From assembly GCA_964598695.1 (NCBI GenBank), contig CAZRDB010000002.1:30857-94856 (forward strand): 64,000 nt of DNA, in the 5' to 3' direction. Source of the DNA: an uncultured Armatimonadia bacterium. GTDB lineage: Bacteria > Armatimonadota > Zipacnadia > UBA1398. The stretch's first letter is position 1. Each line of letters opens with the position of its first letter. Of this stretch, positions 53,463 to 62,730 are shown in pieces. The notes beneath the pieces were generated by a model. The model was not told the DNA's origin. It made no database searches and saw nothing but the letters and a program-made list of their open reading frames with translations. Position numbers and translations under genes: made by a program.

Positions 53463-54386
53463 GTGGCCGGCAAAGCGAAGTGGTGGGCGCTCACGAGCAT
53501 CGCGCGGGTCGGGCCGAAGGCCGTTCACCGGCTTCTCGCGGCGTTCGGCTCGCTCGATGAGGCTCTCGAAGCCCCCCCCGAGGAGATCCTCGCGAGCGGG
53601 GCTCTCCGTCCCGACCAGCTCAAGCAGCTCCTGAAGCGCCTCGCGCGCCTCGAGGAGTGGGAGGCGGCGGTCGACGATCTGAGCATGGAGAGCGTCGACC
53701 TTCTGACGCTGGAGTCCGAGGACTACCCCCCTCTCCTGCGCGTGATGCCGGCGCCGCCGCCCGTGCTGTTCGCGCGTGGCTCCGGCCGCGAAGCGTTGCA
53801 GATGCCCGCCGTGGCCATCGTCGGCGCGCGGGAGGCCAGCGAGGAGGGGTGCGCGTTCGCCGAGAGCCTCGCGCGGAGCTTGGCCGCGTCCGGCGCCGTC
53901 GTGGTGAGCGGGATGGCCGTTGGGATCGACCAGGCGGCCCACCTCGGGACCCTGGCAGGCGGCGGGCTGACGGTCGGCGTGCTCGGCTGCGGCCTGCTGA
54001 GTCCTCGGGCGCCCGACCCGGAGCTGTGCGAGGATGTCTGCCGCGCGGGCGTGCTGCTCTCCGAGCTGCAGCCCACCGCCCCGCCCACGGTCGCCAACCT
54101 GATGGCCCGGAACCGGATCGTCGCCGCACTCTCCCGCGTGATGATCGTGGCGGAGTTCGGCGCCACGACGGGATCGGTGAACGCCGCCTCGGCCGCACGA
54201 GCCCTCGGCCGGCCGGTCTTCCTGGGGCCGATCGCCGCGAGCCAACCCGCCGGCGAGGCGGCGCTGGCGGCCGGGGCCGAGCTGCTGGGCGACCCCGGAG
54301 CCGTCGAGCCCGTTCAGGAGGCACTCCGGCGCCCCGTCGGGCCGCCTCCCATGGACCCGAACGGGCAGCTCTCGCTCCCCCTGTAG
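53463..54386 (+). CDS. dprA: DNA-processing protein A (DprA/Smf)
   Basis: AVAIVGAREASEEG...AVVVSGMAVGIDQAAH...NRIVAALSRVMIVAEF is the DprA Rossmann-like core. GTG start. Confidence 0.8.
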   Translation: MAGKAKWWALTSIARVGPKAVHRLLAAFGSLDEALEAPPEEILASGALRPDQLKQLLKRLARLEEWEAAVDDLSMESVDLLTLESEDYPPLLRVMPAPPPVLFARGSGREALQMPAVAIVGAREASEEGCAFAESLARSLAASGAVVVSGMAVGIDQAAHLGTLAGGGLTVGVLGCGLLSPRAPDPELCEDVCRAGVLLSELQPTAPPTVANLMARNRIVAALSRVMIVAEFGATTGSVNAASAARALGRPVFLGPIAASQPAGEAALAAGAELLGDPGAVEPVQEALRRPVGPPPMDPNGQLSLPL

Positions 54387-54430
54387 CCGGCCGCGACAAC
54401 ATCCCGCCATCCCCGAGCGTCCAAGGGGAC

Positions 54431-55582
54431 GTGGGAACCGACGGCGTACGCGGGAGCAGGCGCGTGGGCGCAGGGCGGGCGGCCCGGCAGGGGCGGCCCC
54501 GCTGGCGCACGCTCACGGCACTCGCGCTGCTGGCTCTCCCGCTGCTGCTGCGCGAGAACCCCGGCCCGCAACCGCCCCCGACGCCCGTGCACATGCGGGT
54601 CTCCTTCGAGGCGGGGGGGAAGCAGAGACGCCTGGACTCGGCCGGCCCGCTCGCCGTGATCCTCGGGCCCGGCGCGCGCCTGACCTTCGCCGTCGAGGCG
54701 CGGCCTCAGGCCTCGTCCGAGTGGCATGTGGTCAGCCGGAGGATTCATCTGACCCTCCCCGACGGGTCGGCCCGCGCGGGCGAGGGCGCCGTGGCGGGGG
54801 CCATCCAGGCCCCCGTGGCCCCCGGCACCTACGCGGTGACCGCCGAGCTGCGCTCGCGGTTCGCCTCAACCCACGGTGCAGGCCGGGCCTGGCGGGCCGA
54901 GCGCGAGACGACAACGACCGAGAAGCTCTACCTGTGCGTGCCGGTACCCGGGAGCGAGATCCGGGGCGAGCACCTCCGAGGCTATCGGGTCGGCGACTAC
55001 TCCGGGCGAGGGGAGGTCCCCGAGTGGTTCATCGAGATCCCCGAGGAGGCCCTCGCCGCCCGCCTCTCGGAGCACCTCACACTGGGCACGTTCGTCTCGC
55101 GAGATCCCCCGACAACCCCGAGCGGCTGGCCCCGCTACGCGCCCATCCCCTGGGCCCTCGTCGACAAGGTCGAGGCACTCAACGCCGCCCTGCGCAAGCG
55201 CGGGATCGTGCGGGAGTCGGTCGACTGCTACAGCGGCTACCGCACCCCGCACTACAACCGGCTTGTCGACGGCGCCAGCCGGTCGCAACACATGCAGGGC
55301 CAGGCGATGGACTTCCGGGTCGACGAGAACGGCGACAGCCTGATGGACGACGTGGATGGCAACGGAGTCGTCAACATCCGAGACGCGATCGCGGTGGGCG
55401 AGGTGATCCGGTCACTCGAGCACTCGGGGGCGGTGGTGATCGGCGGGACAGGCGTCTACGAGACCGCTGGGGCGCCCGCCATGGGCGTCGGGCTGCACCT
55501 GGACATCCGGGGCACGAGGGCGAGCTGGGGTCGCCACTACCCGCACCCGGGCGCCACCACGTACCGGGAGATCCCTTGGTAG
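54431..55582 (+). CDS. DUF882 / peptidase M15A-family (YcbK-like, zinc D-Ala-D-Ala carboxypeptidase fold) protein with Tat-like signal
   Basis: C-terminal YSGYRTPHYNRLVDGASRSQHMQGQAMDF matches the DUF882 core (SGYR...N...S.H..G.A.D). The N-terminus has RR followed by ALALLALPLLL. Start uncertain: GTG at 54431 or 54464. Confidence 0.6.
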   Translation: MGTDGVRGSRRVGAGRAARQGRPRWRTLTALALLALPLLLRENPGPQPPPTPVHMRVSFEAGGKQRRLDSAGPLAVILGPGARLTFAVEARPQASSEWHVVSRRIHLTLPDGSARAGEGAVAGAIQAPVAPGTYAVTAELRSRFASTHGAGRAWRAERETTTTEKLYLCVPVPGSEIRGEHLRGYRVGDYSGRGEVPEWFIEIPEEALAARLSEHLTLGTFVSRDPPTTPSGWPRYAPIPWALVDKVEALNAALRKRGIVRESVDCYSGYRTPHYNRLVDGASRSQHMQGQAMDFRVDENGDSLMDDVDGNGVVNIRDAIAVGEVIRSLEHSGAVVIGGTGVYETAGAPAMGVGLHLDIRGTRASWGRHYPHPGATTYREIPW

Positions 55583-55774
55583 GGTTTCGCAGAAGAAGCT
55601 GAACGGAATTGGTGAACCCTTCGGGTACCTGGCCGGTTCCTGAGGCAGAGACCTCAGCCCGACGCCGGAGGAGCGACCCGAGATGACGAACCGTACGCGC
55701 CTTGCCGCACCCGGAAGCCCGGCGCCGCCTGGATCGAGAATGGCGACGAGGCGGCGCTGATCGCGGCGAACGTC

Positions 55775-56005
55775 ATGAGCGCGCTCGAGCACGAGCCGTC
55801 GGCGTTGGCCGTGACACTCCCCGACGGACGCCAGATCGTCGCGCAGGCGGCAGCCGTCTCGATCCGTTTCGAGCGGGCCGAGGGCGGCTGGGTGCCGATC
55901 CTGCTCCAGGGGATCCGGGTCCGCTCCGTGAGCCTCGACGGCGCCACGCTCTTCCGGGCGACCGATCTCACCGACGAGACCGTGCAGTTCCTGCCCGCCT
56001 GGTAG
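55775..56005 (+). CDS. Small hypothetical protein (76 aa)
   Basis: Strong GC3 bias across 76 codons, followed 28 nt later by a strong terminator. Nothing recognisable, and no clear RBS. Confidence 0.35.
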   Translation: MSALEHEPSALAVTLPDGRQIVAQAAAVSIRFERAEGGWVPILLQGIRVRSVSLDGATLFRATDLTDETVQFLPAW

Positions 56006-56032
56006 GCCGACGACCAGACCCTCTCGACGTGA

Positions 56033-56069
56033 ACAGAGCCCCGCCCGGGCTTCCCGGGCGGGGCTCTGT
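56033..56069 (+). terminator. Bidirectional intrinsic terminator (16-bp perfect stem, 4-nt loop) between convergent genes
   Basis: acagagccccgcccggg cttc ccgggcggggctctgt, followed by gtcatctcgtgtgtc. Confidence 0.75.
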
Positions 56070-56093
56070 GTCATCTCGTGTGTCGTCGGGCCG

Positions 56094-58154
56094 TTAGCGC
56101 TTGATGACCCACAGGTAGTCGATCCCGATCCCGTCGCCCGCGCTGGCCTCGTTGCGGCCCGCCGACTGAAGCGTGATCGTGTGCTCGCCCGCGGCGAGGT
56201 CGAGCGTTGCGAAGAAGTAGTTGCGCTCCACCTCATGGTAGGGGCTGAACAGGTCGATCGCGTGGTCGGTCGGCTTGCCATCGTCGATCGCGAGACGGAA
56301 CCGGCCGTTGCTCGGCGCGAGCGCCGCGGTCAGCGCGATCTGGTAGCGCCCCGCCGCCGGCACGTCCACCCGGAAGCGAAGCTGCTCGCCCTCGGCCTTG
56401 GGGCTCCAGAGCAGCGACTTGGCGCCGGCGAAGAGAGCCCCCTCCAGCACGCGCGTGTTGTCCTGCCCGGGGGCGAGGGCCGTCTCCGCGTCGAAGAACG
56501 TCGCGCCGGTCGCGCCGCCGGCGGCCATGGGCTCCCAGCCGTAGGCCAGCGTCAGGCCCTGGTGGACGTCGGCCTCGGTGATCGGCACACGCCGGTCGCG
56601 GACTCGCTCGTCGGCATAGAAGTAGGCCGAGCGCGCATAGGTGAAGCCCGGCACGCGCGTGTGGCAGAACAGCTCGAGGTAGAAGCCGATCTCGCGCGAG
56701 AACGGGATCGCGTCGAGGATGTGCCAGCGGTTGTTCGCGACGAGCCCGCGGGTGCCGGGGCCCGTGTTCAACGGCTGGGCGCAGTAGGCATGCCAGAAGT
56801 GGTCGGGACGGCTCCAGGCGTAGTTGAAGTAGTCCTCCGAGCCCGTGCCGAACAGCGAGGGGAAGGTGTCGTCGTCGACGTAGACCTTCTCATCGCCCTC
56901 GCCCCACCAGTTGCCGCCCTCGGTCGGGATCGGGGCCGGGTTGTTGAGCTGCACCGCGACGCCCACGAAGTGGCCGCGGCCGTGGGCGTTGAGGATCGGC
57001 ACATCGAAGACGTCGTGGCCGCCCTGGGCCACGAGATCGTGGTCGACCTCCCAGATGCAGTGGAACTGCAGTGAATCGTCGGTCCATGCGCGCGGCCGCA
57101 CCTGGGCGGTGCCGGTCACGGTCACGGGCTGCTCCCCGAGGTTCTCGAGGACGATCCGGGCGCTCCGGGCGAAGGGCATCCGGAAGCGGCAGACCATCGA
57201 CCCATCCGGCTTGACCGAGAAGGGGAGCGACTCGTAGGGATTGACCCCCACGCCGGCGCCGAAGAAGTCGCCCACGGGCGCCTCGACCTGCGGCTGCGCC
57301 GAGCCGTCGAAGTGGATCCGCAGGATCGTCTGCCGGAGCGCGGCGGTCCGATCGCGCGCGTCCGCCCTGAGCGTCAGCTCGGCGATCTCCGCGGCGCCCT
57401 CCACGAGCAGCGCCTCGGCACGGGTCTTCGGCTCCACCGTGAGGCCGATCTCCCGCGCCTCGGCCCCCTCAGGCGCCGGCCACGGCGTTCCCAGGAGCGA
57501 GGCGGCGGCCCGATCGTACTCGGCGGCGTACGTCTCGAGGTCGGCGGGCGCGAAGGTCTGCACCTCGGTGCCCTCGGGGTAGATCCGCGCCTCGATGTGG
57601 TAGAAGTGGATGTCTTCCTTCTTGCCGATCCACTCGATCCGCATCCCGCGCGCGAAGGGCATCGGCAGGTAGCAGGCCATGTTCTGGTGGAAGCCGTCGT
57701 CGTCGGGGGCGGGCAGGCCGAGCTGCTCGCGGAAGTGCTTCGAGGTCCAGATCAGGAAGCGCTCGGCCGGGCCGTCGTAGAGCGGCGTCGTGGAGCCGTC
57801 GAGGTAGAGCCGGATGCTGCCGGCGTGAGCGGCCGACCAGGTGCGCACGAGCGCGCCGGGGCCGTCGACCTCGGCCATGAGGTAGCGGCCGACGCCCTCG
57901 GCGTTCGGCTCCTCGAGGGTCGCGAGGAAGTTCGGGATCGGCTCCCCGCCGAAGCCGTCGCTGTTCTCGTACCAGTCCGGCGCGTAGGGCGCCACGCTGC
58001 GGCGGTCGTAGCTCGAGAACTGAACGAGCTTGTGGGCGGGTGCGGTCACCGTGGTGAGCCGGTCGAGGTCGTACGTCTCACCAAGGAGCGTTCCGGTGGT
58101 GATCGGCGCGCCGATCGCGGCGGAGCAGGCGAGCAGGGGCGTCCATAACATCAT
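56094..58154 (-). CDS. DUF2961 / glycoside hydrolase family 172-like secreted protein
   Basis: Signal peptide MMLWTPLLACSAAIGAP. Block NWWGEGDEKVYVDDDTFPSLFGTGSEDYFNYAW matches the DUF2961 (GH172) signature as I recall it. C-terminal extra beta domain. Confidence 0.6.
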   Translation of the reverse strand: MMLWTPLLACSAAIGAPITTGTLLGETYDLDRLTTVTAPAHKLVQFSSYDRRSVAPYAPDWYENSDGFGGEPIPNFLATLEEPNAEGVGRYLMAEVDGPGALVRTWSAAHAGSIRLYLDGSTTPLYDGPAERFLIWTSKHFREQLGLPAPDDDGFHQNMACYLPMPFARGMRIEWIGKKEDIHFYHIEARIYPEGTEVQTFAPADLETYAAEYDRAAASLLGTPWPAPEGAEAREIGLTVEPKTRAEALLVEGAAEIAELTLRADARDRTAALRQTILRIHFDGSAQPQVEAPVGDFFGAGVGVNPYESLPFSVKPDGSMVCRFRMPFARSARIVLENLGEQPVTVTGTAQVRPRAWTDDSLQFHCIWEVDHDLVAQGGHDVFDVPILNAHGRGHFVGVAVQLNNPAPIPTEGGNWWGEGDEKVYVDDDTFPSLFGTGSEDYFNYAWSRPDHFWHAYCAQPLNTGPGTRGLVANNRWHILDAIPFSREIGFYLELFCHTRVPGFTYARSAYFYADERVRDRRVPITEADVHQGLTLAYGWEPMAAGGATGATFFDAETALAPGQDNTRVLEGALFAGAKSLLWSPKAEGEQLRFRVDVPAAGRYQIALTAALAPSNGRFRLAIDDGKPTDHAIDLFSPYHEVERNYFFATLDLAAGEHTITLQSAGRNEASAGDGIGIDYLWVIKR

Positions 58155-58193
58155 GCGGGGTCTTCCCTTTCCGTGTGCGCCGAGCCCGTGGCG

Positions 58194-59915
58194 CTAGTCG
58201 GCCTTGCCGAGGACATCGCGGGCCCAGGCCTCCAGGTCCCCATACTGGGGCACCCATGTCGTGTACATCGCGCCAATCACGTTCGGCACGCCGGCCTCTC
58301 TGGCCTGCGCGAACCACTCCCCGTTGTAGAGGTTGGGGTCGTCGTAGTACCCGCACAGGATCTGGCGGTGGCCACGCTCGGCGAACCACCGCATGGTCTC
58401 CAGCCCGCCTCCGTGGTGCCAGTTGGCGATCCCGATCTCGGGCCTGAGACCCTCCCACGAGCCCTCCCAGGAGCCGTTGACCATGTAGTAGTCGCCGTGG
58501 GCGTTGTGGCCGGGGTCGAACATGTCGGACCACACCCAGATCTCCGCCCCGGGCGAGACCTCATGGACCAGCTCGATGCACCGGCGGAAGTTGTCGGCGA
58601 GGAGCCCGCCCGGCGTGAGACCCCGCGATTGGCAGGCCTCACACCAGTTCGCGACGCGGATCTCGTCGTGGTTGAGGAACCAGGTCTTCGGGTGGAGCAG
58701 GTCCTCGACGTACCGGAACTGCTCCCGAAGATACTCGTAGACCTCGGGTTCCGAGAGGCAGCACATCGTCTGGTCGCCCAGGACCCGCGCGGCGTGGTAG
58801 AAGCTCACGCGGAGGCGGGCTCCCTCGGCGATCCGACTGCCCTCGGTGAGCCGGATCGGGATCTCCTCCGGCCACTCGCCGCCCGGCCACCAGGTCGAGA
58901 TCCCCTCCCGCATCCCGGGCAGGGGCTCGAAGTCGCGTCCCTCCTCATAGACCGTCCCGTCCTCCCCCCGCACGGTCACCGGGCAGCCGCCGCGCCGGAG
59001 CAGGTTGACCAGACCGGCTTCGCGGATCTCGAGATCGTCCCACCAGATCGAGCCCGTCGTGCCGCCCCAGGTGCCGAGGTAGACGCGGATCTCCTCGGCC
59101 GCCAGGCTGTTGAAGATGATCGTGTGTCGGGTCCAATCCTGAGTCGACTCCAGGGCGAGGTTGCCGAATGAGCGTGCTGTCCCGTTCATGTCTGCGATGT
59201 AGATGCGGGATGCGGGTCGCGTGTCCAGGTCCCGCGTCTTCACCCAAACGCTCGCGCGGTAGTAGCGGAAGGGCGAGACCCGGAAGCTCTGGCAGATCCG
59301 CCCGTGGCCGTGCGTCGGGTCGGCCGTGCCGATGTCGGTGAAGCGGAGGCTGGAGGCTCCGCCGTGCTTCACCTCGCGATCGGCGAAGCTCCCGGTGCCG
59401 GGGTAGTCCTGGAACGCCCACGAGTCGAACGTGTCGCCGTCCGGCTGCTCGAAGCCCGGATCCCGCAGCACGGGCTCCGGGTCCGGCTCGAGCCGCGCCT
59501 CGCCGCCCCGCGCCACGAACAGCGCGTCGCGCACGGGAAGCCCCTCGTCGAGATTCGGGTTGCGCCCGAGGATCGAGCCCGCGTAGCCGATCGAGGCCAC
59601 GCCGGGCACGAGATCGATCCCCAACTCGTCGCAGAGGGCCTTCACCTGCGCGAGGTTGTCGCGATAGCCCTCCGGGGTGCGGTCGGGCCGCTCGAGCCAG
59701 TAGTCGGCCAGGAGAGCCCGCGTCACCCCTGCCTCCCGCGCGCGAGGGAGCACCTCCCGGGCGCGCGCGAGGCCCTCAGGCGTCGAGACCGAGAAGAACA
59801 AGTGGACCCACAGCTCCGGCCGCCCCGGCGCCGCCTGCCGGCTGCGCGCGGGCGGGGCGGCGACCAGGGCGACAACGAACCCGAGACCGAGAACAGCGGC
59901 GATCGCGCGCGACAT
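58194..59915 (-). CDS. Secreted putative glycoside hydrolase (N-terminal beta-sandwich/CBM-like region plus C-terminal TIM-barrel-like region; family not assignable)
   Basis: Start MSRAIAAVLGLGFVVALVAAPPARS (residue 94 of the track ORF; GGAGG 7 nt upstream; top coordinate 59915 confirmed). C-terminus ...IWVWSDMFDP...NWHHGGG...CGYYDD...AMYTTWVPQYGDLEAW resembles a GH TIM barrel. Confidence 0.45.
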   Translation of the reverse strand: MSRAIAAVLGLGFVVALVAAPPARSRQAAPGRPELWVHLFFSVSTPEGLARAREVLPRAREAGVTRALLADYWLERPDRTPEGYRDNLAQVKALCDELGIDLVPGVASIGYAGSILGRNPNLDEGLPVRDALFVARGGEARLEPDPEPVLRDPGFEQPDGDTFDSWAFQDYPGTGSFADREVKHGGASSLRFTDIGTADPTHGHGRICQSFRVSPFRYYRASVWVKTRDLDTRPASRIYIADMNGTARSFGNLALESTQDWTRHTIIFNSLAAEEIRVYLGTWGGTTGSIWWDDLEIREAGLVNLLRRGGCPVTVRGEDGTVYEEGRDFEPLPGMREGISTWWPGGEWPEEIPIRLTEGSRIAEGARLRVSFYHAARVLGDQTMCCLSEPEVYEYLREQFRYVEDLLHPKTWFLNHDEIRVANWCEACQSRGLTPGGLLADNFRRCIELVHEVSPGAEIWVWSDMFDPGHNAHGDYYMVNGSWEGSWEGLRPEIGIANWHHGGGLETMRWFAERGHRQILCGYYDDPNLYNGEWFAQAREAGVPNVIGAMYTTWVPQYGDLEAWARDVLGKAD

Positions 59916-60087
59916 CGGACACCTCCGTGTCTGCCGGAGCCTCGCGTCCCCCGAGCCCTTCCGCCGGTTCGCCCTGCAGGCGGGTTGGCCTCCACACGGG
60001 GGGAGGGTGGGGCTCCCCGGGGCTCGAACCTCCGAGGCGACAGGGTGTCCAATCGCGGGCGGCAGGACAAGGAGCCGATCGGGACCG

Positions 60088-61266
60088 ATGGCCATGCGCG
60101 GTCTGAGTGGATTGCTGTGCGCGGTCGCGCTCGCGGCGGCGGCCTCGGCCGGCTGGGCCGCGGAGGAGGCCATCGGCCCCGACCCGCCACCCACCTACCC
60201 CAAGACGAAGCGCGTGTTCAGCGCGACCCCCAGCCGAGGCGAGATCAAGCTGCTGCAGTATCTGTTCGTGCGCGGCAAGGGCCTCCGGCGGATCATCAAG
60301 TACGTCGCCTCCACCCCGGGCCAGCCCAGGGTGCAGGTCTTCAAGTACCGCGAGGAACCCGCCCCCACACCGGAGCAGGTCCATGCCTTCTACACGGAGT
60401 GGGCGCGACAGGCAGGCTTCCGGCCCCTCGTCGCGGTGCGGATGGGCCGTCCGCCGATCGACCCGATGCTGGACGACTGGGACCGGCCCTACCGCCCGGA
60501 GCCCGAGCGTCCGCCCGCGCCGTGGGAGGAAGAGGAGTACACCTGGGTCGACGCCTTCCACCGGCCGGGCGACGCCGGTGGCGTGTTCATCAGCGTGTGG
60601 ACCAAGTTCCAGCATGTCTGGGTCTGGAAGCCGGGCCACTGCCCGGTCGCCCCGATCCTCGGGGAGTGGCTCGGCCTGCCGCGCGTCGAGGCGGACATGA
60701 CCCCGCCCGCCGAGGTGCTCCCGTTCCCCGAGCCGCCGGGCTTCCCGCCCGTGGCCGAGACCGGGTTCTACGTCCGTGCCCAGGTGGGCAAGTGGGAGAT
60801 CGATTCGCTCTCGCGGGACCTCCAGGCGCGCGTCCTGAGCAAGCAGGAGCGCCGGGGCCCCCTCGACGCCCTGTTCTCCGTCGCGCCGGCGACGTTCGGC
60901 CCCGTCCGCCACGCCTGGCTCGTCAACTTCCGCGACTTCCCCCCGGCCCGCGAGGCGTGCGTGCAGCCATGGGTCGAGTGGGCCACGCGCCGCGGCTGGG
61001 CCCCGCTGCCGATCACCGCCTCGGGCCCGGCCCGGGTTCGGGCCTGGTACTCCCCTGGCGCGACGGGCGGCGCGATGGTGCTGTTCGACGTGCGGGACAC
61101 GACGAATGTGCTGGTCTTCGACGGGCCGCCGAATCTGATCGCCCTGCTGCCCGTCCTCGACCAGTTCCAGCAGCCGATCGAGGAGCCGCGCCCGCACGCG
61201 GAGGTCGCCGCGCCGACGCGCTCGGTCGAGGAGGCCGGCCATGTCGGCGCCGCGCTCGCGCGCTAG
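60088..61266 (+). CDS. Secreted hypothetical protein (392 aa), Pro/Trp-rich
   Basis: MAMRGLSGLLCAVALAAAASAGWAAEEA is a signal peptide, with aaggag upstream. No recognisable domain. Confidence 0.45.
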   Translation: MAMRGLSGLLCAVALAAAASAGWAAEEAIGPDPPPTYPKTKRVFSATPSRGEIKLLQYLFVRGKGLRRIIKYVASTPGQPRVQVFKYREEPAPTPEQVHAFYTEWARQAGFRPLVAVRMGRPPIDPMLDDWDRPYRPEPERPPAPWEEEEYTWVDAFHRPGDAGGVFISVWTKFQHVWVWKPGHCPVAPILGEWLGLPRVEADMTPPAEVLPFPEPPGFPPVAETGFYVRAQVGKWEIDSLSRDLQARVLSKQERRGPLDALFSVAPATFGPVRHAWLVNFRDFPPAREACVQPWVEWATRRGWAPLPITASGPARVRAWYSPGATGGAMVLFDVRDTTNVLVFDGPPNLIALLPVLDQFQQPIEEPRPHAEVAAPTRSVEEAGHVGAALAR

Positions 61267-61293
61267 ACGAAGGGAGCCGAGTGGCTCACGCGC

Positions 61294-62694
61294 CTAGCCG
61301 CCGAGTTCGTGCTCCATCGCCTCACAGGTCTCCATGAGGATCTCGGCCAGGGTCGGGTGGGCGTGGACCGTTCGCGAGACGTTCGCGACCGTCGCGCCCA
61401 GCGAGAGCGCGAGCCCGGCCTCGGCGACGAGGTCGGTCGCGTGGGGGCCCACGATGTGGACGCCGAGCAGCCTGCCCGTGGGCTTCTCGGCCACGACCTT
61501 GCAGAAGCCCTCGAACTCGCCGAGGGCGATCGCCTTGCCGATCGCGCGGAACGTCAGGCGGCCGACCAGGATCTCCTTGCCCGCCTCGCGCGCCTGCGCC
61601 TCGGTCCACCCGATCGAACCGACCTCCGGGATGCAGTAGGTGCCCCGCGGAACAAGCTTGTAGTCGAGCGGAGCGGGGTTCCTGCCGAGGATCGCGTCCA
61701 CCGCGATCCGGCCCTCCATCGAGGCGGTGTGTGCGAGTGGGAGCCGTCCGACGATATCGCCGATCGCGTAGACCTTCGGGTTCGCGGTCCGCATCGCGCC
61801 ATCGCACGGGACGTAGCCGCGGTCCAGTTCGACGCCGTTCTCCTCGAACCCGAGCCCCTCGGTGAGCGGCCTCCGGCCGACCGCGACGAGCAGCGTCTCA
61901 GCCTCGTAGGTCGTCGTGGCGCCGCTTGCGCCTGCGGCCGTAACGCGCACGCCGTCGGCCCCGACCTCCGCGCCGGCAACGCGAACCCCGCACTCGATCT
62001 TGCAGAGGTTGCGGTAGAGCCGCTGGATCTCCTTGCTCGCGTCCTCCTCCTCGAGCGGCAACACGCGCGGGAGCAGCTCGAGGACGGTGACCTTCGCGCC
62101 GAATGTGCTGAGGATGTACGCGAACTCCATCCCGATGGCGCCGGCGCCGAGGATGATGACCGAGTCCGGGACCCGATCGAGCGAGAGCGCGTGATCGGAG
62201 GAGATCACCCGTTCGCCGTCGATCGCGATCCCGGGCAGGCTGCGCGGGGCGGAGCCCGTCGCGACGATCACGTGGCGCGAGGGGAGGACGGTCTCCGCGC
62301 CCTCAGCGGTCACGACGACGTTGGCGTCGGCGCCGAGCCGCCCCTCGCCCTGGATGACCTCGACCCCGGCGGTCTTGAGCATGCTCTTGACGCCCTTGGT
62401 CAGGCGATCGACGACCTTGCCCTTGTTCGTGAGCGCGGTCGCCATGTCGAACGAGACCTCGCCCGTGAGCCCCACACCGTAGGCTGCCATGGCGCGCGTC
62501 TGGTGGAGCAACTCGGCCGAGCGGATGAAGGTCTTCGAGGGGATGCAGCCTCGATGGAGGCAGACGCCGCCGACGGTGTCGCGCTCGACGCACGCGACGG
62601 AGAGCCCCCTGCGGGCCGCGTAGGCCGCCGCCACATACCCCCCCGGGCCCCCACCGAGAACCACGAGATCACGAACATCGCTCACCGAGACCAC
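61294..62694 (-). CDS. lpdA: Dihydrolipoyl dehydrogenase (E3)
   Basis: VVLGGGPGGYVAAAYAA...GGVCLHRGCIPSK (redox-active disulfide) ...VIVATGSAP...IILGAGAIGMEFA...AIGDIVG...HAHPTLAE (His-Glu dyad). GTG start. Confidence 0.9.
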   Translation of the reverse strand: MVSVSDVRDLVVLGGGPGGYVAAAYAARRGLSVACVERDTVGGVCLHRGCIPSKTFIRSAELLHQTRAMAAYGVGLTGEVSFDMATALTNKGKVVDRLTKGVKSMLKTAGVEVIQGEGRLGADANVVVTAEGAETVLPSRHVIVATGSAPRSLPGIAIDGERVISSDHALSLDRVPDSVIILGAGAIGMEFAYILSTFGAKVTVLELLPRVLPLEEEDASKEIQRLYRNLCKIECGVRVAGAEVGADGVRVTAAGASGATTTYEAETLLVAVGRRPLTEGLGFEENGVELDRGYVPCDGAMRTANPKVYAIGDIVGRLPLAHTASMEGRIAVDAILGRNPAPLDYKLVPRGTYCIPEVGSIGWTEAQAREAGKEILVGRLTFRAIGKAIALGEFEGFCKVVAEKPTGRLLGVHIVGPHATDLVAEAGLALSLGATVANVSRTVHAHPTLAEILMETCEAMEHELGG

Positions 62695-62730
62695 GATCCC
62701 TTCCGTGTGCCGAACGGCGCTATTGTGCCC

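Noticed and set aside
55683-55758. 25-codon ORF (MTNRTRLAAPGSPAPPGSRMATRRR) with a GGAGGA RBS upstream of the small 76-aa gene
   Set aside because: It is too short and compositionally indistinguishable from background. It could be a leader peptide, but there is no supporting attenuator structure beyond one weak hairpin at about 55633-55651.
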